From Okamejei kenojei (Eukaryota), in contig CM069164.1 of NCBI GenBank assembly GCA_035221665.1, positions 15,500,001 through 15,564,000 on the forward strand: a stretch of 64,000 bases of DNA. The letters are read 5' to 3'. Made by a program: the position numbers and the translations under genes. Below the pieces are notes generated by a model. The model was not told the origin of the DNA and searched no databases. It saw only the letters and a program-made list of their open reading frames with translations. Of the stretch, positions 14,201 through 26,200 are shown piece after piece (position 1 is the stretch's first letter; each line of letters begins with the position of its first letter).

Positions 14201-17200
14201 ACATAATTGTGAAGTGGAAGGAAAATGATACATGGTTTTCAAATTTTTTTTTACAAATAAAAAACGGAAAAGTATGGCGTGCAAAGGTATTCAGCCCCCT
14301 TTACTCTGATACCCCTAAATAAAATCCAGTGTAACCAATTGCCTTCAGAAGTCACCTAATTAGTAAATAGAGTCCACTTGTGTGTAATCTAATCTCTATA
14401 TAAATACAGTTGTTCTGTGAAGGCCTTGGAGGTTTGTTAGAGAATATTAGTGAACAAACAGCATCATGAAGCACAAGGAACACACCAGACAGGTCAGGGA
14501 TAAAGTTGTGGAGAAGTTTAAAGCAGGGTTAGGTTCTAAAAAAATATCCCAAGCTTTGAACATCTCATGGAGCACTGTTCAATCCATCATCCGAAAATGG
14601 AGAGTATGGCACAACTGCAAACCTACCAAGACATGGACGTCCACCTAAACTGACAGGCCGGGCAAGGAGAGCATTGATCAGAGAAGCAGCCAAGGTGGTG
14701 ACTCTGGAGGAGCTGCAGAGATCCATAGCTCAGGTGGGAGAATCTGTCCACAGGACAACTATTAGTCGTGCGCTCCACAAATCGGGCCTTTAAGGAAGAG
14801 TGGCAAGAAGAAAGCCATTGTTGAAACAAAGCCATAAGAAGTCCCGTTTGCAGTTTGCCACAAGCCATGTGGGGGACACAGCAAACATGTGGACTAAGGT
14901 GCTCTGGTCTATTGAGACCAAAATTGACGTTTTTGACCTAAATGCAAAACGCTATGTGTGGCGGAAAACTAACACTGCACATCACCCTGAACACCCCATC
15001 CCCACTGTGAAACATGGTGGTGGCAGCATCATGTTGTGGGGATTGCCCTGTATAAGCCAAATACAGGGCAATCTTGGAAGAAAACCTGTTAGGGTCTGCA
15101 AAAGACGTGAGACTGGGGCGGAGGTTCACCTTCCAGCAGGACAACGACCCTAAACATACAGCCAGAGCTACAATGGAATGGTTTAGATCAAAGCATATAC
15201 ATATGTTTGAATGGCCCAGTCAAAGTCCAGACCTAAATCCAATTGAGAATCTCTGGCAAGACTTGAGAATTGCTGTTCACAGACGCTCTCCATCCAATCT
15301 GACTGAGCTTGAGCTATTTTGCAAAGAAGAATGGGCAAAAATGTCGGTCTCTAGATGTGCAAAGCTGCTAGAGACATACCCCAAATGTCTTGCAGCTGTA
15401 ATTGCAGCGATAGGTGGTTCTACAAAGTATTGACTCGGAGGGCTGAATACTTTTGCACGCCACACTTTTCAGTTTTTTTTATTTGTAATAAAATTTGGAA
15501 ACCATGTATCATTTTCCTTCCACTTCACAATTATGCGCCACTTTGTGTTGGTCTATCACATAAAATCCCAATAAAATTATTTTACGTTTGTGGTTGAAAC
15601 GTGACCATGTGGAAAAGTTCAAGGGGTATGAAAACTATCCAGTTGGATAGAAAAATGGCATGAAGGTAGGAAACAGAGGGTGGTACCAGATTATTGTTTT
15701 TCAGACTGTAACAAGTGGAGCATCACAAGGATCAGTACTGGGTCCACTGTTGCTCTTTATTAATATTAATGAATTGTATGGGAATGTATTTGTCATAGCT
15801 GGTAAATTTGTGTCTGACAGTAAAATTGGTGGTGTAGTGGGCGGAGAAGGTGGTCTATGATTACAATAGGATCCTAATCCTGATCAACTGAGCCAAAGAA
15901 TGGCAGATGGAGTTTAATTCAGATAAATGGCAGCAGCATTTGGCATGCTTCTGGGTTTGGCACAGGTCAGGGTTTTGTGTAGAGTTGGGACGTTATGTTT
16001 TAGCTGAACTGGACATTGGCAAGGCCACATAAAGCAAATCTGGATTGGTTGGATCGTTTTCCTTGCGGCATTGGAGACTAGCAGGAGATCTTACAAAGCT
16101 ACATATCATTATGAGGGACATATATAAGATGACTCACCACAGTCTTTATCTCCATAGTGTAGGCGGGTCTAAAACTAGAGGTATAGGTTTAAGGTGACTT
16201 TTAAGGAGTAACATTTTCACACAGCCTGGTGTGTACAAATGAGGAGGAAGTGGAGAAGTGGGGAAGACTTATTGCATATAAAAGTGCTTAGACAGGTACA
16301 TGGATAGGAAAGGAATATTTGACAATCGCAGGCAAGTGGGGCTACCTTGGTTAGGCAACTTGGGGAGCATGGACAAAGTGGGTTAAAGGGCCTGTTTCTG
16401 TGCTGTATTGGTCCGTGGCTCCATGGGTCTCTGCTGTTCAACAGTCATTTTGCACACAGAAATATTGTAGATGGAGACAGCATTCTGCATGCATATTAGC
16501 TGCTCAGTTTTCCGTAATCCAACTATCAGTGAATTGTAAAAATGATTTACTTGACCATAAAAAACTCTGGTGCATCCTGAGTTTGTGACAGTAATGTAAT
16601 TTATAAATCACTACAACATCTAAATATATGTTTGCACACTCCTAAACTCCTAAAAAAAAAATCTATACAAAATTTAATAAATACTGGTAAAATACTAAAC
16701 TCTGGAAATAAGAATTTAAAAAACCCAGAAAATTCTGGAAAGCTGAGGAGGTCAGCTGCATGTGTAGGGAGGGATAAAGAGTTAGTGTTTCAGGTTAATG
16801 ACCTCAATGTATGATTACAGTAGGAGCGGTGGATCCAAGCAACCAGACCAAGGAATCACGTACATTATCTTGATTAAAATTGAAAAGAGTTTAACAACAA
16901 AACCAGAGGCTTAACCTTCGCAACATATTTTAAAATTTGAAGCTTTATCAAGGTCATTTAAATTGAAAAGGGACAAGAATACCTACAGCAGAACATAGAT
17001 GTCTGTCCTTGTGTGCAGTTTTCAAACTTTCTAAGGTTGTGAAACTGTTTTTGTCAACAATTGGTCCTAAAAGAATAAGGAATTACAGTCAAACTCAAAA
17101 TGGTCTTTTGTGCGTTCAATATAAACTTAAAGATTAAAAGAATCAGCACATTTATGATAATTTCACAATCTAATCTGCTGACAAAATAAACTATATTTTA

Positions 17201-20200
17201 TATTTTTTATTCTTAAATTTACCACCAAACTATTCCATTAAGTTTTATATACGATATATTAAATGGTAGGCCAAATGGCTTCCTTCTCTGCCTTAACAAG
17301 TCTAATACTCTACTCACCAAGATCAAATGTAATGCTCTAGTGAATGGTAACTGAAGATTGAGGTAATTGGCGTGTGTGTTGATGTAGGAAGAAAGAATAT
17401 TGCAGCATCTGTGGTATTTCAAAAGAGTCTCAAGCAAAGTTAATTCCTGGGTTGAGAGGATTGCCTTATCAAGAGGCTAAGCAGATGAGATCTGTACTCC
17501 ATAGAGTTCGTGGAGCTGTGATCTTATTGAAATTGATAAAATCCTGAAGGGGCAGGACAGGGTAAAGGGTTGAGATGTTTTTCCTTGTTGAACGAGGGAC
17601 ATAGTTTAAAGATAAGGGAGACAGTAGTCATTTAAAACCATGATATATGCAAATTTATTCTCGAAGAGACTGGTGACTCTTTGGAATTCTCTGCCCCAAA
17701 GAGTTGATGAGGTTACTCATTAAAAATCTTTTTTAATGCAGGTTGATACATTTTTGAAAGATTGAGGGATCTGGCACAAATAAGAAAGTTAGGCCAAGGA
17801 TTGGTCAGCCAGGATCATATTGAATGGAGGGGCAGGCTTGAAGGGCCAATTATTTTTAAAAGGGCTATAATGACATCTCACCAGTGCACGTGACAATATG
17901 AAAAATCATTGACATAACCTCTTTCCAGGCTTTAACAATTTCAGCTCAAACTGCCTTTAGTGTCAGAGCCATCACATCTCACTCACAGTAGACATGCTGG
18001 CCAGGGTGTACCAGAAAACCAACTACACTTATTCTCTTCTATTCTTCTAGTGCAGGAGTCGGCAGCCTACGGACCCCAGGCCGAATCCGGCCAGTAACCC
18101 GAAATCATCCGGACCGCAGACGGATTTTGTTTCCCGTATTCATCCGGCCTGCTTGATCGCCTGCCCCGAGCACGGCTGAGCTCTGGCTGTACCGCATCCT
18201 GCGCAAAGCCGCCGGCACGGCCGCGCACCTTCTCCGAACACGTTTAAGAAAGAACTTCAGATGCTGGAAAAATCAAAGGTAGACAAAAATGCTGGAGAAA
18301 CTCAGCGGGTGAGACATGCAAGGATTGCATGAGGCTGCCTCACCCGCTGAGTTTCTCCAGCATTTTTGTCTACCTTCTGTGAACATGTGATTTGATGCCT
18401 GCAATCTGGGGAAGGATCCACGTGTACACGTGATTGATGTGGCCCGCCATCCGCTCACAGACATGCGTCCCGGCCCCTGTGCAGAACAAGGTTGCCGAGC
18501 CCGTTCTAGTGGTTGCATTTTTATGTTGTGTATTCCAACCCATATTTGAATGGAATGTATTGATTTTAACTTGTTAGGCTGCAATTACACCTCCTAGTAA
18601 ACTGACTCAGCTAATGTTTAATGCAATTATTTTAAAAATGGCTATCATGATATCTTACCAGAGCAAGTGACTATGTGGAAAATCATTGACACAATCTCCT
18701 TCCCAGTTTTAATGGGTTCTGCTCCAAACCAAACAGTGCCTTCTGAGTCAGAGGCATCACATCTAACCCACAGCGAAGGAAAAGTAGTAGGCACGATGCA
18801 GCTGGTCATCTGTGACATGTGCGGATTATGGGCCAAAGTGTACCAGGAAACTAATTGTCTGTGAGGAGGAAAAGGAAATAGATAAACATTGCAGATGAGA
18901 AAGTAATACAAGAAGTAAACTTGGATTTAAGTGTGTCATAGATACTAGCCTCAAGAAACTTCCAAACTGGCTTATTTAAAAATACCACAAAGTGCTAGAG
19001 TAATCCAAGGGGTCAGGCAGCATCTATGGAGAACATGGATAGGCCATATATTGGCTCAGGATCTTTCTTCAGACTAATTGTGATCGTGAGGGAGGGAGAA
19101 AATGCTGGATGAGAAGTGGGTGTGGGACAGGTGCAGGGTCTAGAGAATATTGCTTTGCATCATGGCCTGGTTCGACAATTTGAATTTCCAGAAACAAAGC
19201 AGTTTACAAAAATTATTGCATGCTGTCCAGTCCATCGTAGGTAATGGCCTCCCCACCATCAAAGGGGTGAATAAAAAGGCAGCTAGCATCATCAAGGACC
19301 ACACTATCCTGGCCACATTCTCGTTTCACTCAATACTGGGAAGATGATATAGGAATCTGAAAATCACGACCTCCAGGTTCAGGAAGGGGAAAGGGAGAAA
19401 TCGGTCCACATCTAGTCGTGGCACAGGGAACAGATGAGGAGAGGAGGGTGAGGGTGGAAGTGATTTTTTTGGAGATTAGTTACTGCTAATTGGAGAATTC
19501 AATGTTAAACCTAATTCAATGTTAAATGTGTGGCTGAACAATCACTGAACATTGAATTCACTAGTTTTAGGCAATAACCCTACAGAGATTGCAACCTTCA
19601 GGTTGCCCGCCCTGTTTCGACGAATGCAATCAACCCGGCGTGCACAATCAAATAGAACAGGTTGTCCTACAGCTTTAGGCTGTGCACGCCACACGCAAGA
19701 AGAAGAACCTACAGCCAATCCCACCTATCTCCCCCATCTGCACCCATTTCTCCCTCCCCCCCCCCACCTATATTCCTTCCTCCGGCTTCACATTTCATGT
19801 CTCCTCTATCCTTATCTCATACTTTTTATCTCTAGCCTTTGTCTAACCATCTACCAAACAACTCCTATCCGTGTTTTGTAGAGATGCTGCCTGATCCTTT
19901 GAATTACTCCAACACTATGCGTCTTTTTTTTGTGTCATAGTTACTGATATTTTGATTACCGATGACCTCTGCTATCTTTGAATATTTTCATTTTGTTTTA
20001 AAGTATTTTGAAATAGTCGTACTATTTTGCAGGGGTTCAATCCTGAATCTTCAATTTCTACTTACACCAGGTATAGCTTCCCAAAAGCCCTGCAGGACTA
20101 CGGAATTGTATCATTTGTACAAAATAGCCAAAAGCCCGATCTCCCAACCTACCTCATTGCGGCCCTTGCACTTTAAACTAAAATTGTATTTTGTTTTAAT

Positions 20201-23200
20201 TTATTAAAAATTGTTATTTTTCTCTTTGCACTAGTTATTGTACGTGCATATGGCTTGATTGGACCCATGCATGGTATGATTAAACTGGGTAGGATGCAAA
20301 ACAAAAAATGTTCACTGTATCTCAGTACACATGACAATAATACACCAACTAGCATTTTCTTTATAGTTGTGTTCAATCTGTGTACATGTACCCCTTTCAG
20401 TGACTTTATTTGCCCTATTCACCCCTTGCTTACCCTTTATTATGATTTTGAGCAAATGTAGTTAGATTGCTTGAAGATTAAATTATTAGGCTAATACCTA
20501 GCCCTTGCCCTAACAACAGATATTAATATTTTGTATGTGACAGGTACTTTTAAGGAAATTGTTGGTGCCTACCACAAAAACAATTGCGATCTATTCCTAC
20601 AAATTAGTCCGACAAACCAAATAGCACAGAAAACTGCTAACATTTTAATTCCAATAAAACTTCCAATTATCTTTTTGCTATTAACCTTCAATATGATCAG
20701 CACCATCTATCAATGATCAAATTATCCACCTTTGATATGACCTTGCCCTTTGATCAGACATACTTAAATCATCACATACAAATTAATTATCATTACCTTT
20801 AGAGGGAATCGCAACTCTATTATTATTATAATTATATTTTATAGCATGCATACAGTTCCATGTTTGAGTGCTAAGAATTGCAATCATTCCAAAAATAAAA
20901 GACGGGTTAATTACCATGAATAATACAATTCAGCAAGAAAGCCTTCCAGTTTGAAGAATTATATCATTTTCAATATGAATCTGAGAAATGAACAGTATTT
21001 CTCCAAACTGTGCAAAGCATGTGACCAAATTTCAATGTACGGTATATATGACTGCTATTATTTTGTTTTTACCTTGCTTTCATGACCGATAGAGGCAATG
21101 GACCCACATCCTCTAAATTACTAGATGTTAACTTCCTGGTTTCATTATCATTATTAAAAGTGTCTTCCAAGTCGTCTTCATTCTCTTTAGGTGACTATGG
21201 GGAAAAAGGGAATCTGTAGTCAGCCCAAGCAACTGAAGAAAATAAAAACTTATAGCTCTGCTGTCTGTGTATCACAAAAGCATTGTGCATTTGTAGCAAT
21301 GCTTTATCTAAAGACTCAAAATATCCAAACGTATTCATCAAGTGTGATCATGAATATTAAGTATTGCAGATAATCAACTGTAGGGCACAAATCAGAGCCT
21401 AGCCCAATTCAAAAGCAGTTTCCAGACACCTACCACAACTTGTAACACATTTTTTTAAACTCTAGAATAAAACTGGGTCAAATTCTACTGTCCCAGTTTT
21501 CCCCAACAATTGAACTTGCAGCTCATAATTAAGTTAGGGATTTTCTAAGGATCTATATCACACAATGGATATAATCCACTAATCAACACACAATACAATT
21601 TTAAATGCATGGAAAATAAAAATGAAAGAATCTCTTGGATTTTAATGTGTAGAAAAGAACTGCAATGCTGGTTTAAATCAAAGGTAGACACAACAAGCTG
21701 GAGTAACTAAGCAGGACAGGCAGCATCTCTGGAGAGCCAAAATGGGTGACGTTACGGGTCGGGACCCTTCTTCAGACTCCAGCATTTTATGTCTACGCTC
21801 TCTTGAATTTTAAAATGTAAGTTCTTTAAAAAAGTGTTTGTAAATACATATTGTGATTTGATTTCTCCCCACGAATAGTCAGAAGGAATCAAAATGAAAA
21901 CAAAAGGTTATTTCACTGTTCTCTAAAACATCAAATTTTAATAAACCAGCACTTCAATCAGAAAGATGACAAGGATCAGTAATAGAAAGCATTATGTCAG
22001 AATGGCAGAAAAAAATCAAAAGTAAATACAGAAAATGAATATAAAAGGTTATGGAGTCATTATGCTGTTAGGATTTTGATATGTGGAAATTTGGAAAAGT
22101 CAACATCCTTTTACTTGGAGTGACAAGAAGTCAAAGCACAAAGTCACAAAATAAAGTCTTGCCTTTGTGTTAAGACTTAATTCATCATTAAGTATATTAG
22201 CCTCAAATTATGTTGCTGGAAACATCTTTCATCAAGCTTGAGCAATTTAAGATAGAATTATAATTTACATACTTACTGCCATTTCTGCTATGAACACCGA
22301 TGCATTCTCCTTCCAGAATGCACGCAAGGGACTTTTATTCACTTCATCTACAATGTATACTTGGACATCATCCTTTGAGACAAATAAAGATAAATACATT
22401 TTAGCCAATCTTTGAACATCCCAAAGCACTTTATAACCATAAATTACTTAAAACCGGCAAGCACAGTTATAAAGTAGAAAACACAAATAAAGATGATAAA
22501 GATCTAACCTATCACATAAACATTTGAAAACATAATAATGATATTGGTGGGTGTAGTGGGGGTAAGATAAAGAGTACAATTTCACACCTTGTTGGTACTA
22601 ATTTGATGTGTCACTGAGTTGTAGAACAGGATATGTGCATGGATAATTCTCGGCAATGATGTGATCTTTATTTCAACCACTAGGTAAATTTGAGAAATGT
22701 TTATTACAGGCAGATCCCACTTGTGTGAACTCAAGCTTGGTAAGAAAAACTATAGGTGCTTTGAAGGAAATGTCACGTCCTCAAGACATTAATTATCTGC
22801 AATTTTAGTTGTGACCCAGCAAATTAAAATATAAAAAAAGCTATTCATGTACTTTACACAAATTATTTCTGTAGGCACACCCAAGAATTTTCAAATTATA
22901 GAAGCACAATATACTGAGCACGTGGTACTGAAATCTGAAATCTACCCAGCAAATTATGAGAAATAGCAGACGTTGGCCCTTTGAGCTTGCTTTGCCATTC
23001 AACATTAAAAAAAAAAGAAATACATCATGGAAACAGGATCTTTGGCCCACCAAGCCCATGCTGACTATCAATTCCCCCATTCACACTAGTTCTGTTATCC
23101 CACTTTCTCATCCACAGGCCAATTAACCTACAAACCCGCAGGTCTTTGGGACGTGAGAGGAAACCAGAGCACTCAGAGGAAACACACGTGGTCACAGGGA

Positions 23201-26200
23201 GAACAAGCAAACTCCACATAGATAGAACACAACATCATCATCATGATTAATCCTAGGTTTCTGTCGCTATGAGGCAACAGTTCTGTCAGTTGCACTATCT
23301 CAAATCTAACCATACAGACCAACATACCATGTGAGAAGTTGTATAAAGTCTTGTTAAATTCCATGTTGACGATATCTATTGCCCTGCCCTCGTAAATCCA
23401 CTTGGTAACCACTTCGAAAAATGTAATCACATTTTTTAGACATGATTTCATACACACAAAGCTGCAATCTTCTGAGAAACTCCAAATGACCCTCAACAGT
23501 CTCATTTAACTACGTATCCATTCATCAGTCAATAAATGTCCTTTCCAATATGCAGGCCAGTAACAGGATTTATGGAAATTTGGTAATGCACTTGATTATT
23601 ATGGTTTTCCACTTAATTGTGTTACTGCTGTATAAAGAAAATGTTCATATTGTTAGAGGTGTTCTTGCTAGTATTTTTAACCACTTCAGTACCACTTTTT
23701 ACAGAACATAATATTGACAGTAAAACACTTCAACTTGTGAACAAACTGGTCTATCCATGGATTCCATGGCTGTAACTGAATTGTAAGCTGTGGATTGTCT
23801 CTTGTAACTTTTATTTGGCTGTTTATTAAATACTTTTTGAAACTCCACTTTTTCACATTCTCCAGATTACTTTGAACAAGTTTATCATAAATCCACATGG
23901 ACACCACTAATTCTAGTCTGACCATGACCCTGCTGTTGGCATTTAGCAGCTGTTTTGACAAATGGTCGAGAATTCTCTGTTTTCTCTTCCTTCTTTCCAG
24001 AATGGCAAGATCCATAGCACTGATGCTTTGCTAAATATTTTAGGCTTCAGTCTATTATGAACTGCTGATTTCAAGAACTGACAAGTACAAGAACTGACAA
24101 TTACAAGAATGCTCATCACATTTAAACTTGCACTTTAAGAAGAAATGGTCGAGATTCAATTTTTTTTTAAATTGTGGTTAACATTCCATTTCCAAAGCAG
24201 CCTGACAGCTTATACGATCCAAGAGAGGAAGTGAAGTTAGAAATGAGTATCGTTACATGCTGAAGCTGAACCAACCTCCACACATCAAGCAGCAGTATGT
24301 CTATGAGAAACAGCAGTGGCTGAAAATTATCATCAAGAGAAAGTGCTGGACTGGGAATACAAAGCATTAAGGGATATTCTCAACAGGCAGTAAAAGATGT
24401 GACCAGGTATTGCAATTCCAGGGAGGTGTTCAATGGAAGAAAGTAGCTTTTCAGGCACATTACCTCAAACAGCACGGGGTCCTTTAATGTTCCTTTCTTT
24501 TCTTGGTCACAAAGCCTGAGAGGAAAAAAAAATTATACTGAAAGACAAAATCAGACTGCAGCTATGTTTATACATATGGGTGTTAAGTTTTGTTTATATT
24601 GTTTCACGGAAGAAGTTCTTGCCATTCTAAAATGGAGACATAAATCACATTTTTAGAATAAACAAATATGGAGACAGAATAAAATAAAACATGTATCCAA
24701 AATAACAAATTACTTAAAATTTTAATGTAAATAACATTAAGAATCTTTTTTTTTTTAAATGGAAGCCTATATTCCTTCCTCTAGCTTCACAATTTGCAAC
24801 TCTTCAATCGTTGAATTTGCAGCTCTGGACTTCGTCCAACCATCTGCCTATCAAAAACCCCTCCACACCTGTATTAACTTATAACCTGCCAGGCTTCGTC
24901 CTGCCCTTTCTCCACCCCCATCATCCAATAAATTTGAAGAACAGTTCCAACTCAAAATGAGCTACTTGATGGCCCTGTCTCACGGTGCGAGTCATCCCAC
25001 GAGTGACCCCAAGTGAAAGAAAAAAAAGGCTCGTGGTTGTGTACGAGATTTCAAGTTTATGATCAAGTGTTTAACCGAGTTCCCACGGGTATGTCATTGC
25101 TGCGATGTTCCAATTTCCTCTACCGAGTTACCAAGTTCCTCTCCCGTTACTCTTGAGCCAACAGTGAATGAAGGTAAGTGTGTGAGGGTGTGACCAGCGG
25201 GCGAAGGTTTGTTATATTTGGAGGGGCAAGTGAAATATAATGCTGATAGGTCTGAGGTGTTGCACTTTAGGAGGGCTGATAAATTAGGACATGTGCAATG
25301 AATGGTAGCAACATTGGGAATATCATATCAACAAGGAACGTTGTTGTACAAGTGAAAAAAAATCGCTTGAAGACAACATCGCAGCTGGATAAAAGATAAC
25401 TGCAGATGCTGGTTTATATCAAAGATCGACACAAAGTGCCGGAGTAACTCAGTGGCAGCATCTGTGGAGAAAAAGGGTGGGTGTCGTTTCGTTAGAAGGG
25501 TCCCGATCCGAAACATCTCCCCAGAAATGCTGCCTGATCTGCAGAGTTACTCCGGCACTTTGTGTCTATCTTTGGTATAAACCAGCATCTGCAGTAATTT
25601 GTTCCTACTTAGGACAGTTAGATGTGGTGGTTAGAAAGATGGTGATACAAAAAGCTGCAACTATTGTCATCTTGGGCTCTTGTTCACCAAGCACTTGATG
25701 ATTTGCTCAAGGTGGGTTGCAACGTTTATGGAATCCTTGCTTTCATTAACCAAGGCTTAGAAGAGTCTATTGAACCCAAGAACTTTAGAGGGAGTGCGGG
25801 CATCAGAAGCAGGTGAGTTTGACGGGAGCGTGGGAGCTGTACGCAGCGATTGGAATATTGTTCGGGAAGCCGAACCCAGCGTGAGAGAACGAACACGGGT
25901 ATTGGATCCCAACAGGAATAGGTTAAAGGCTTGAAGAGAAGATGGAGACAGAGACACTCACATTCAACAAGGCCAGTAATTCTGCTATAACACGATCGTT
26001 GCTTTGCGAAGTAATGTCGTTTTTTAAATAAAAAATCATGTTATAGAAACAATCGTAGCAATGGGGAAAAGGTGTTGCAATAATCAAGTTATTTTCCTGT
26101 GTGATTTTACAAACATGGTCTTTTGAATAACTATAAATTTATTTATGATACTGCAAGCTAAAATCCTAAAGGTTGTGTGTTACATTGTTTAATAGAGTTT

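Noticed and set aside
17318-17400. Strong minus-strand GTGAGTA donor as a ZWILCH exon 6 candidate
   Set aside because: Translation unrelated to ZWILCH; the true exon 6 is 16987-17066
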